This document shows, piece by piece, positions 27,686 through 36,200 of a stretch of 40,085 nucleotides of DNA. A model generated the notes under the pieces. It saw nothing but the letters and a program-made list of their open reading frames with translations. It was not told the origin of the DNA and did no database searches. How positions within the stretch are numbered: position 1 is the stretch's first letter; each line of letters opens with the position of its first letter. This DNA is from an uncultured Clostridia bacterium (lineage in GTDB: Bacteria; Bacillota; Clostridia; TANB77; CAG-508), in the NCBI GenBank assembly GCA_947624735.1, contig CANQLM010000002.1, positions 1-40,085 of the forward strand, in the 5' to 3' direction. A program made the translations under genes and the position numbers.

Positions 27686-28690
27686 ATGAAAAAAATAAAA
27701 ACGGAGATACCAATATTCTTTTCGACAGACGATAATTATATACCATGCTTGTCAGTTGCAATACACTCACTTAAAGCAAATGCAAGTAGTGAAAATAATT
27801 ATAGAATAATAATTTTGCATACAGGAATGAGTTTAAGAGGAAAAGCAGAAGTAAAAAAATTAGAAGACGATAACGTAAAAATAAGTTTTCAAAATATAAG
27901 TCATATAACTACAAAACTTACTAAGGATTTAGCATTAAGGCTAAGAGACTATTACTCTGAAACAATCTACTATAGAATGTTTATACCATCAATGTTTCCT
28001 GAATATGAAAAAGCAATATATTTAGATGCAGACGTTGTTTTACAAGACGATGTAGCTAAATTATATGATTTAGACTTAGGAAATAATTTAATAGCAGGAG
28101 TAACTGACCAAGTAATAAACTCTGTTCCAGAGTTTAGAGTTTATTCAAAAGAAGGTCTTGGAATTGAACCTAAAAAATACTTTAACTCTGGTGTATTAGT
28201 TATGAATTTAAGGGAAATGAGAAAAGCTAAAATAGAAGAAAAATTCTTATATAGACTTTTAAATTATAACTTAGATACAGCAGCTCCTGACCAAGACTAC
28301 TTAAACACACTTTGTAAAGATAGGGTACTTTATTTACCAGAAACATGGAATAAAATGCCTGATTATGGTGAAAAAGTTGATGTAAATGAAATTCATTTAA
28401 TACATTATAATATGTATAGAAAACCTTGGCATTATGAGGATGTTCCATATGCAGAAAGCTTTTGGAAATATGCTAAGGAAACTAAATATTATGATGAATT
28501 AAAGGAAACTTTAGCAAACTATTCTGAAGAATCTAAAAAAGAAGACCTAAAAGCAGGAGATAAACTAGTTGAATACACAAAACAAATAGTAAAACAAGAA
28601 TTTAAATTTGCAGACATTGAAGATGATGATTTAGATTATGAAGAAGATAGTAATGTAAGTGATATGCAAACAACTGACGAAACAGTTTAA
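27686..28690 (+). CDS. family 8 glycosyltransferase 2 with an acidic C-terminal tail
   Basis: IPIFFSTDDNY, IYLDADVVLQDD (DxD), NSGVLVMNL, HYNMYRKPWH. GGAGGGG at 27676-27682 favours ATG 27686 over the tracked ORF start 27599. The tail is ...DIEDDDLDYEEDSNVSDMQTTDETV. Confidence 0.85.
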   Translation: MKKIKTEIPIFFSTDDNYIPCLSVAIHSLKANASSENNYRIIILHTGMSLRGKAEVKKLEDDNVKISFQNISHITTKLTKDLALRLRDYYSETIYYRMFIPSMFPEYEKAIYLDADVVLQDDVAKLYDLDLGNNLIAGVTDQVINSVPEFRVYSKEGLGIEPKKYFNSGVLVMNLREMRKAKIEEKFLYRLLNYNLDTAAPDQDYLNTLCKDRVLYLPETWNKMPDYGEKVDVNEIHLIHYNMYRKPWHYEDVPYAESFWKYAKETKYYDELKETLANYSEESKKEDLKAGDKLVEYTKQIVKQEFKFADIEDDDLDYEEDSNVSDMQTTDETV

Positions 28691-28715
28691 GTGGGATGTA
28701 TAAAAGGAGTAAAAG

Positions 28716-29594
28716 GTGGAAAAAAGTAAGGATAGATTAGCTGTAATTGAAAATATTAAAAAGAATATAAGCGAAAATAAGCTTAACTCTAAAGTTGAAA
28801 TTGGAGATCCAGAAATTACAGAAGATTTTTTCAAAAAGCGTGTACAAAATTATGATATTTTTAAAAGAAATCCAATAAACAAAATTAAAAATATTATAAC
28901 TAGAAAAATTGTAGATAATTATGTAGAAATGTTTAATAGTGATACAGAAATAGTCGGACTAGAAAATCTTGAAAAAGTAGACACAGGAGCAATTATAACA
29001 TCTAATCATTTTAGCCCACAAGATAGTACACCAATTACTTATGCAATAAAAAAAATAAATAAGTATAATAAATTAAACATTGTAATTACTGAAACAAACT
29101 TAGCAATGGAAGGACATCTAGGTTTTATAATGAACAACTTTAATATGATTCCATTAAGTATAAATAAAGAATACACAGAAAAAAAATTCATGCCAGCAAT
29201 ACAAAAATTATTAAAAAGAAAACATTTAATTTTAATTTATCCGGAGCAAGAAATGTGGTTTAATTACAGAAAAGTAAGAAACTTAAAACCGGGAGCATAT
29301 CACATAGCTGCTAAATATAAAGTTCCAATAATTCCTTGCTTTATAGAAATGCAGGAAAAAGATGGACAATATGAAGATAATGGATTTAATAAATTAAAAT
29401 ATACATTACATATAATGCCTCCAATATTTCCGGACGAACATAAATCTTTAAAAGAAAATAAAGATTTTATGAGACAAAAAGATTATGAACTAAAAAAAGA
29501 TGCTTATGAAAAAGCTTATGGAAAAGAACTTACATATGATTTCACAGATGAAGATATTGCGGGATTTGTAGAAAAGGAAAAAGTTAAAGTATAA
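28716..29594 (+). CDS. lysophospholipid (PlsC/LPLAT-family) acyltransferase 2
   Basis: SD AGGAG at 28704-28708 before GTG 28716. SNHFSPQD (HX4D) and IYPEQEMW (block III-like). Confidence 0.78.
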   Translation: MEKSKDRLAVIENIKKNISENKLNSKVEIGDPEITEDFFKKRVQNYDIFKRNPINKIKNIITRKIVDNYVEMFNSDTEIVGLENLEKVDTGAIITSNHFSPQDSTPITYAIKKINKYNKLNIVITETNLAMEGHLGFIMNNFNMIPLSINKEYTEKKFMPAIQKLLKRKHLILIYPEQEMWFNYRKVRNLKPGAYHIAAKYKVPIIPCFIEMQEKDGQYEDNGFNKLKYTLHIMPPIFPDEHKSLKENKDFMRQKDYELKKDAYEKAYGKELTYDFTDEDIAGFVEKEKVKV

Positions 29595-29608
29595 GTTTTT
29601 ATAAATTA

Positions 29609-29786
29609 AACAATAAAAAAATATTGTAAATTCGGCAGTGGCGCGTAGCGACCAAGCGAAGCGCGAATTAAGCTGTTGTCGAAAACTTGTTTTCGCAACA
29701 ACAGCTATATGCGTTAGCTGGAACGAGCAATTGTAAAATTGCGAAGTGACAACAAGCCACAGAGAATTACAATATTTTTTATTGTT
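29609..29786. other. GC-rich intergenic element bracketed by an inverted repeat (candidate structured RNA, MITE-like insertion or elaborated terminator)
   Basis: Arms AACAATAAAAAAATATTGTAAATTC (29609-33) and GAATTACAATATTTTTTATTGTT (29764-86). The core is about 48% G+C (hand count 64/132). Nested helices at 29636-42/29756-62, 29671-29706 and 29727-42. No ORF. Strand undetermined. Confidence 0.5.
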
Positions 29787-29803
29787 AAGAATAAAAAGTT
29801 TCC

Positions 29804-29858
29804 CAAACAAAAATTTTTCAAACTTTTGTTTGACAAACTTTTATTTTTATGTTATATT
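29804..29858 (+). promoter_or_regulatory. lexA promoter with a phased CAAAC array and a palindromic candidate SOS box
   Basis: TTGACA (29830-35), 17-nt spacer, TATATT (29853-58). CAAAC at 29804, 29819 and 29834 (15-nt phasing). Palindrome CAAAC-TTTT-GTTTG (29819-29832) overlaps the -35 element. Confidence 0.55.
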
Positions 29859-29900
29859 GTTATTGGAAAATTTTAAGAGATGGCAAAGGAGGAAATATTA

Positions 29901-30578
29901 ATGAATAAATCAAGAAGAGATGAAAATGGATTAAACAAGAGGGAAAGGGCAATATTAAAATACATTGAAAAGGAGATTATACTTAAAGGATATGCCCCAT
30001 CAGTTAGAGAAATATGTAAAGTTGTAGGACTTAATTCTACTGCAACAGTGCAAGGATATTTAAAAACACTTGAAGAAAGAGGATTTATTAAAAAAGAAAG
30101 TAAAAAAGGAAGAACTCTAAGACTTCTTAAAAATGCTAAAGGTGCTGAAGTAATTACAGACAGAGATGGAATAGCATCTACAAAACAATTCTATTCTAAT
30201 AAAGAAATGATTAATGTACCAGTTATCGGAAAAATAACAGCTGGCCAACCAATCCTAGCAATAGAAAATATAACAGATACATTTCCTATTCCACTAGACT
30301 TTGTTGGTAATTCAGAATGCTTTATGCTTACAGTTAGAGGCGAAAGCATGATTGAAGCAGGTATTTTTGATGGAGACTATATTTTAGTAAAAAGACAAAA
30401 TACTGCAGAAAACGGAACAATTGTAGTAGCACTTATTGATGATGAAGCAACAGTAAAAACATTTTACAAAGAAAAAGACCATATTAGATTACAACCAGAA
30501 AACAGTACAATGGATCCTATCATAGTACCTGACTGTAAAATACTTGGAAAAGTTGGTGGAGTATTTAGAAAAATATAA
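29901..30578 (+). CDS. lexA: LexA repressor (S24 autopeptidase)
   Basis: wHTH ([13 protein letters not shown]...GYAPSVREI), Ala-Gly cleavage site (KITAGQPI), Ser (RGESM) and Lys (TVKTF) dyad. SD AAGGAGG at 29886-92, 8 nt before ATG 29901. The tracked ATG 29880 lies upstream of the SD. Confidence 0.93.
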   Translation: MNKSRRDENGLNKRERAILKYIEKEIILKGYAPSVREICKVVGLNSTATVQGYLKTLEERGFIKKESKKGRTLRLLKNAKGAEVITDRDGIASTKQFYSNKEMINVPVIGKITAGQPILAIENITDTFPIPLDFVGNSECFMLTVRGESMIEAGIFDGDYILVKRQNTAENGTIVVALIDDEATVKTFYKEKDHIRLQPENSTMDPIIVPDCKILGKVGGVFRKI

Positions 30579-30649
30579 TATTTACTTAAGATAGAAAATT
30601 TAGAGAAAATAATTGCAAGAGTAATTATTATAAAAAAGGATGTATTAAA

Positions 30650-31138
30650 ATGAAAAGAATGAAAACATTTTTTATGTATTTTTTAGCATTTGTTATATTG
30701 TATGTAGTAGTAGACTTAGGTTCATATTTAACACTTAAATCTACATATATAGCAAGAAACTATGAGGTTAATTTAGAGAGTCCTAAAGTCACAGTAAATG
30801 AATTCAAATCTACTATATTAAATGGATATATTAATGGAACAATTACAAACGATACAGATGAAGTAATAACAGGCAAAGCACTTAAATTTGATTATTATAG
30901 CAAAAATAATGTTTTAATGGGAACCAAATATTCAAAAATTGATAATTTTTTAATTGGAGAGACCAAAGATTTTGAATCAAAATTTAACTTTGATAATGTT
31001 GAAAATGTAAAGGTATCTTTAGTAGATAGTCTTGAATTACAGGATGTAGATGATTTAGATTTTGCATTAGATGATTTTTCAAAAGATCCAATTAATTGGT
31101 TCGTTCTTCTTGGAGCATTAATAGTAGTTTTTGGATAA
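30650..31138 (+). CDS. small bitopic membrane protein, possibly an FxLYD-like beta-sandwich
   Basis: N- and C-terminal hydrophobic helices. The central segment (LKFDYYSKNNVLMG...GETKDFE) loosely resembles FxLYD-domain proteins. Confidence 0.5.
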   Translation: MKRMKTFFMYFLAFVILYVVVDLGSYLTLKSTYIARNYEVNLESPKVTVNEFKSTILNGYINGTITNDTDEVITGKALKFDYYSKNNVLMGTKYSKIDNFLIGETKDFESKFNFDNVENVKVSLVDSLELQDVDDLDFALDDFSKDPINWFVLLGALIVVFG

Positions 31139-31155
31139 TATTTTGAAGTAAATAT

Positions 31156-31193
31156 AAAAAAGTTAAATAATATTATGTATTATTTAACTTTTT
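31156..31193. terminator. bidirectional terminator between convergent genes
   Basis: A5 + AGTTAAATAATA (31161-72) / TATTATTTAACT (31178-89) + T-run (31189-93), with a 5-nt loop. Confidence 0.7.
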
Positions 31194-31196
31194 AAA

Positions 31197-32036
31197 TTAT
31201 TTTAAATTCAAAATTTTATATGCATTACAAAGATTACATCCATGACAAAATTCTACTTTATCACCAAAAATTAATTCAATTGTTTTAATAAAATTATCTT
31301 TAGGGCTAACTAAATGCAAATAAATCTTATTTGGTATTAATCCAACTAAAGTATTTAAAACATAGTCATTATTACTAAAAGTAATATCAGAGAGATATTT
31401 TGAGTCAAATTCATCAAGAGCAATAATATTACCATCTTGAGATAAAAGTATAGCTTCATTATTTACATATATTAAATTAATTGATTCAAAACTGGGAACT
31501 TTTGAATCTACATATCCCTTTAATAAATTTACAAATTCAATATATTCTTTGTCCAATATAAATTGATTTACAGCTTCTTGTAAAAGTTCTCTTAAATATG
31601 CAACATAGTCTCTTAATACAAAATTAACAAATCCTTCTAAAACAACCACTTTATGATTTTTTATATAACTTCTTAATGGACTATAAACTAAAGCAAACTT
31701 TTGTTGTTTCTCAAAATCAGAAATTTTTTGAATTAATAATTTATATTCATCAAAAATAATATCTTTATCATTTTTATCAAAATAAAAATAATCAAAATGT
31801 ATTAATCTTTTGGCCTTTATAGGCTCATAAAAAAGAATAATAGCATTTGCTAATATATTACTTAGAAAATCAAAAAAAGAATCTTCATTTTCGCCGAGAT
31901 AATGAATAATTAAATTTTCATATACTTTAAAAGAATGTTTTGAATACTTTATATTATCAAAATTTGATTTATTAATTTCACTAATTAAATAATCTTGTAT
32001 TTTTAAGTTATTTTCTTTAATGCAAACCGAGTTCAT
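31197..32036 (-). CDS. ytxC: YtxC-like putative sporulation protein
   Basis: 279 aa. LEGFVNFVLRDY...EYIEFVNLLKGYV matches the core pattern I recall for the YtxC family (EGFxxFRLxxY). Size matches B. subtilis YtxC. Confidence 0.6.
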   Translation of the reverse strand: MNSVCIKENNLKIQDYLISEINKSNFDNIKYSKHSFKVYENLIIHYLGENEDSFFDFLSNILANAIILFYEPIKAKRLIHFDYFYFDKNDKDIIFDEYKLLIQKISDFEKQQKFALVYSPLRSYIKNHKVVVLEGFVNFVLRDYVAYLRELLQEAVNQFILDKEYIEFVNLLKGYVDSKVPSFESINLIYVNNEAILLSQDGNIIALDEFDSKYLSDITFSNNDYVLNTLVGLIPNKIYLHLVSPKDNFIKTIELIFGDKVEFCHGCNLCNAYKILNLK

Positions 32037-32134
32037 AAATCCTCCATACTTTTATGGTACCCATAATTGCTTTATTCATACGCATTAGTATTTACCTGTT
32101 ATACATATATTATTCATTAAAAAGAATTCTGCTA

Positions 32135-32163
32135 TTGATTTTATAAATTAAATAAGATATAAT
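32135..32163 (+). promoter_or_regulatory. possible sigma-A promoter for ftsK
   Basis: TTGATT (32135-40), 17-nt spacer, TATAAT (32158-63), about 100 nt upstream of ATG 32267. Confidence 0.45.
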
Positions 32164-32266
32164 TTATTTGTAAAAAAATGCTTGAAAATTAAGCTACATA
32201 AAACAATAAATTTATTACCTAAAATAATAAATTTTCAATAATATAAAAACACTGGAGGAATTTTAA

Positions 32267-34711
32267 ATGCCTAGAACAAAAGGAGCAAAATCGCTTAAAG
32301 AACAAAAAAGAAAAGAAAAAGAATTACAAAGAAAATTAAATACAACAGTAATGATAATTATTGTTGTAAGTATTGTACTTGCAATTTTAATTTATTCTAA
32401 ATCTGGATATTTAGGTAAAACTTTAAGCCCAGCTCTTGGAGGAGTTTTTGGATATATAAAATATTTAATACCAGTAGGATTATTGTGTATGGGATTATAT
32501 ATTGCACATGAAAGAGATACGAAATATTATTCAACAAAACTTATTATGTTTTTGGTGTTATTAGTGCTTGTTGATGTTGTACTTTCTTGTTATCAAGCAT
32601 CAACAGGAAATATAGATATTAATGATTCACTAGAAAGTGCTTTATCTCGTTCATACGATTTAGGAAAAACAGATATAGGTGGAGGAGTAGTAGGAACAAT
32701 TTTAGCTTATCCATTAATTAAATTTATCGGAACTCCTGCAGCTATAATAGCATCTATAGGTATAGCATTAATATTAATTGTATTTATTTTTAGCTTACAT
32801 CCAGCAGACACAATTTCTAAATGTATGGACAAGTTCTTAAATAAAAAAGAAGAAGAACAAGATGAAGAAAATGAAAAAGTAGTTGAAGAACAAAATGTTA
32901 AAGAAAGTTGGCTTGAAAGAAGACATAGAGAAAAATTAGAAAAGGAACAAGCTAAATCTAATGAACCTCTTGAAGAACAAATAACAATTAATCTAAAAGA
33001 AACTAAAAAATATGACCATACTAATGATGGACTAGATGTTCCAAATTTTAAATCAGGAAAATTAGCAAATAAACCTTCAGCAAGTGAAAATGTAACTTCA
33101 AAACAAGGAGATGGACAGGGATTATTCTCTAGTCAAGAAGTAGAAAAAGAAGCTAGAACTAAAGAGGTACTTCAATTAGAACATACTCTTAGAGTAGAAG
33201 ACGAAAAATATGAATTTCCACCAATAGAGCTTTTAGCACAGGGCAAAGGAAATGATGAAGCAGGCAGTAGAAAACAATTATTAGCAACTGCAGAAAAATT
33301 AAGAAGAACTTTATACAGTTTTGGAGTATCTGCAAAAGTAGAAAATGTATCAGTAGGTCCAGCAATTACAAGATATGAATTAGCTCCAGCAGAAGGCGTA
33401 AGAGTAAGCAAAATAGCAAACTTAGCAGATGATATTGCCTTAAGTCTAGAAGCAGAAACAATTAGAATAGAAGCACCAATTCCAGGGAAACATACTGTTG
33501 GAATAGAAGTCCCAAATAAGGCAAAAGAAGTTGTTGCATTAAGAGATATAATTGAATCAGATAAATTTACAGAACAAAAATCTAAAGTATCATTTGCACT
33601 TGGAAAAGATGTAGCAGGAGATGCAGTAGTTACAGATATTGCAAAAATGCCTCACTTACTTATTGCAGGAAGCACAGGATCTGGAAAATCAGTATGTATA
33701 AATACTTTAATTACAAGTATAATTTATAAAGCAAAACCAAGTGAAGTAAAACTTCTTATGGTTGATCCAAAAGTCGTTGAACTTTCTGTATATAATGGAA
33801 TACCGCATCTACTTATTCCAGTTGTAACAGATCCTAAAAAAGCAGCAGGAGCATTAGCTTGGGCAGTTCAGGAAATGGTAAATAGATATAGTTTATTCGC
33901 ACAAAAAAATGTTAGAGATGTTAAAGGATATAATGAAGCAGCAGGAAAAAATGGAGAACCAAAACTTCCTCAAATAGTTATAATAATTGATGAGCTTGCA
34001 GACCTTATGATGGTTGCAGCAAAAGAAGTTGAAGATGCAATTTGTAGATTGGCACAGATGGCCAGAGCAGCAGGAATGCACTTAGTAATTGCAACTCAAA
34101 GACCATCAGTTGATGTAATCACAGGAATAATAAAAGCTAATATCCCATCAAGAATAGCATTTGCAGTATCTTCACAAGTAGATTCTAGAACAATTTTAGA
34201 CGGAGCAGGTGCAGAAAAATTACTTGGAAAAGGTGATATGCTATTTTTCCCAACAGGAGCAACTAAACCAACTAGAATTCAAGGAGCATTTATATCAGAT
34301 AAAGAAGTAGAAAATATAGTTAAATTTATACAAAGAGATGGTGAAGGTCAATACGATGAAAGAATAATAGAATCTATTGAAAGAGCTGATGAACCAGAAA
34401 AAGTTACTAAGAGTGATGAAGAAGATGAAGGAGTAGATGAACTTTTAGATGAAGCAATAGAAATGTGCATAGAAACAGGACAAGCATCAACATCATTTAT
34501 CCAAAGAAGGTTTAAGGTTGGATATGCAAGAGCTGGAAGAATAATTGACCAAATGGAAGAAAGAGGTATTATTTCAGGATACCAAGGAAGTAAACCAAGA
34601 GAAGTACTTATGTCTAAAGAAAGATGGCAAGAGTTAAAAATGGCACCAACACAAGCAGTAGATATGCAGGGATCAAATGCTGAAGATAATAGTGTAGAAG
34701 AAAATGAGTAA
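32267..34711 (+). CDS. ftsK: DNA translocase FtsK/SpoIIIE
   Basis: N-terminal TM helices and a charged linker. Walker A GSTGSGKSV, Walker B IVIIIDELADL, C-terminal gamma wHTH (ASTSFIQRRFKVGYARAGRIIDQME). Confidence 0.95.
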   Translation: MPRTKGAKSLKEQKRKEKELQRKLNTTVMIIIVVSIVLAILIYSKSGYLGKTLSPALGGVFGYIKYLIPVGLLCMGLYIAHERDTKYYSTKLIMFLVLLVLVDVVLSCYQASTGNIDINDSLESALSRSYDLGKTDIGGGVVGTILAYPLIKFIGTPAAIIASIGIALILIVFIFSLHPADTISKCMDKFLNKKEEEQDEENEKVVEEQNVKESWLERRHREKLEKEQAKSNEPLEEQITINLKETKKYDHTNDGLDVPNFKSGKLANKPSASENVTSKQGDGQGLFSSQEVEKEARTKEVLQLEHTLRVEDEKYEFPPIELLAQGKGNDEAGSRKQLLATAEKLRRTLYSFGVSAKVENVSVGPAITRYELAPAEGVRVSKIANLADDIALSLEAETIRIEAPIPGKHTVGIEVPNKAKEVVALRDIIESDKFTEQKSKVSFALGKDVAGDAVVTDIAKMPHLLIAGSTGSGKSVCINTLITSIIYKAKPSEVKLLMVDPKVVELSVYNGIPHLLIPVVTDPKKAAGALAWAVQEMVNRYSLFAQKNVRDVKGYNEAAGKNGEPKLPQIVIIIDELADLMMVAAKEVEDAICRLAQMARAAGMHLVIATQRPSVDVITGIIKANIPSRIAFAVSSQVDSRTILDGAGAEKLLGKGDMLFFPTGATKPTRIQGAFISDKEVENIVKFIQRDGEGQYDERIIESIERADEPEKVTKSDEEDEGVDELLDEAIEMCIETGQASTSFIQRRFKVGYARAGRIIDQMEERGIISGYQGSKPREVLMSKERWQELKMAPTQAVDMQGSNAEDNSVEENE

Positions 34712-34727
34712 AAGGGAGTAGATTAAT

Positions 34728-36182
34728 TTGAAAAGCAAAATTTTAGCAAGAGATTATAAAGATGAATTAGCTAATATTGCAGAACAAAAAAGATTTTCGC
34801 AAACTGCTGGAAACCTACTACTTAGTATGCTTTATAAAACTGAGGACAGTTTTAACAATTATGAAAAAGTAAAAAGAGATGTTCCGGCAAGAGAAGATTT
34901 TTTACGAGAGATAGTCGAAAATGTTAAAGAATATGTAGAAAATATAAAAATAGCAGAACCAAACTCAGAAATAGCAAAAACACTTAATAAAAATAAATGC
35001 AACATTATCTCAAATGGAAATAAAAAAGCAAAAACAGTAATAGCTTTTCCAAATGAGAAAAATCTACTATATGCGATATCCAAAGCTAGTATTACTCCAA
35101 TTGACGAAAGACTAACAACTACTGAAAAAGCAATTCTTACAGTAATTTCTATAGGAAAATGTATCTCTATTTCAGAGGTAATAAGAGATTTTAATGGTTG
35201 GTCTTGGTCAATACTACCAAAAGAAATTGAGAGCACAGAATGTAATATAATATATGAGCTACTTGTGTACTTATATGGATATAAATTTATAAACAATATT
35301 AATAGTAACAATTTAAAAACTTTAAAAGCTAATATGCCAGAAAAATTATGGAGTGAACTTGAAAAAGTAGCAACTCAATTCTACTTATCTTATGATAAAG
35401 CTGAAAATGAGCAAGTCTTAAAAATGCTTGCAACCTATAAAACAAAATTAAATAAAATGAAAGACCAAAAAGCATTTATAGAAGAAACAACAGAAGAAAA
35501 GAAAGAAAAATTAATTGAAATTAGAAAAATAGATGAAATAATAAGCAATCCAGCAGAGTTAAAAAGACAATATTTAGCTTATAATAGCAAACTTCCTAAA
35601 GAGAAAAAAGTTTTTAGCGTAAGCAGATATGAAGAACTTTTACAAAAAAGAAGACAAGATGCTGTAGACCAAATAGCTTTGTTTAACAGAATGCAAAATC
35701 CTACAGAATTTATTAATTATAGAGATGAATTAAAATTAAAAGTAAAATTTTTCGAAACGAAAACAGACATAAGCAAATTTCAAAAAGAATTTTTGAAATG
35801 CTTTGAAAAGAAAATAGAAGCAACCAATGATAAAAAAGGAATACTTGATATAATTTATGAAATAAGATATTTAAACTTTATTCCTAATTGCAAAATGAAA
35901 TTAACTGACCTTCAAAGAATGGTAATTCCTAAAGCAATTAATGCACGAGTAATAAACCCAATATCAAACAATGATGACTTAGATTATAGAATTCTAAAAG
36001 GAATTTTTGATACAGGAGTTGTGTCACTAGAAGGACTTTATATTAAATTAAGTGCATTAAATTCAGGAATAAATGTTATAATATATGATGGAGACAATGT
36101 TGAGCAAAAATATGAGGTATCTTTGCCAGAAGGAAGTAATATACAAATAAGAAAAGCAAAGAAAACCAAGATATTTGAATAA
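34728..36182 (+). CDS. hypothetical 484-aa soluble protein with a Lys/Glu-rich helical middle, no recognisable family
   Basis: SD GGGAG at 34714-18, 9 nt before TTG 34728. Uninterrupted ORF packed tightly between ftsK and the beta-CASP gene. I found no catalytic or binding motif. Confidence 0.6.
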   Translation: MKSKILARDYKDELANIAEQKRFSQTAGNLLLSMLYKTEDSFNNYEKVKRDVPAREDFLREIVENVKEYVENIKIAEPNSEIAKTLNKNKCNIISNGNKKAKTVIAFPNEKNLLYAISKASITPIDERLTTTEKAILTVISIGKCISISEVIRDFNGWSWSILPKEIESTECNIIYELLVYLYGYKFINNINSNNLKTLKANMPEKLWSELEKVATQFYLSYDKAENEQVLKMLATYKTKLNKMKDQKAFIEETTEEKKEKLIEIRKIDEIISNPAELKRQYLAYNSKLPKEKKVFSVSRYEELLQKRRQDAVDQIALFNRMQNPTEFINYRDELKLKVKFFETKTDISKFQKEFLKCFEKKIEATNDKKGILDIIYEIRYLNFIPNCKMKLTDLQRMVIPKAINARVINPISNNDDLDYRILKGIFDTGVVSLEGLYIKLSALNSGINVIIYDGDNVEQKYEVSLPEGSNIQIRKAKKTKIFE

Positions 36183-36200
36183 GAAAGGAAAAATTAACTA

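Noticed and set aside
29633-29764. GC-rich core as a tRNA, SRP RNA, tmRNA, RNase P RNA or retron msr/msd
   Set aside because: It has no cloverleaf with a GTTCRA T-loop and no SRP domain IV GGAAGCAGC-type motif, and it is far too short for tmRNA or RNase P RNA. The retron-like a1/a2 inverted repeats are present, but no reverse transcriptase gene is adjacent; lexA follows. I cannot assess 6S RNA without a covariance model.
34859-35311. 150-aa antisense ORF, together with other minus-strand ORFs such as 6109..6480, 6638..6928, 11100..11363, 12246..12530, 19304..19624, 23340..23630, 26710..27012 and 29490..29810
   Set aside because: All lie antisense to long, motif-supported genes. They encode Leu/Phe/Ile/Ser-rich low-complexity peptides, typical of the reverse frame of AT-rich coding DNA, and they lack SD sequences.
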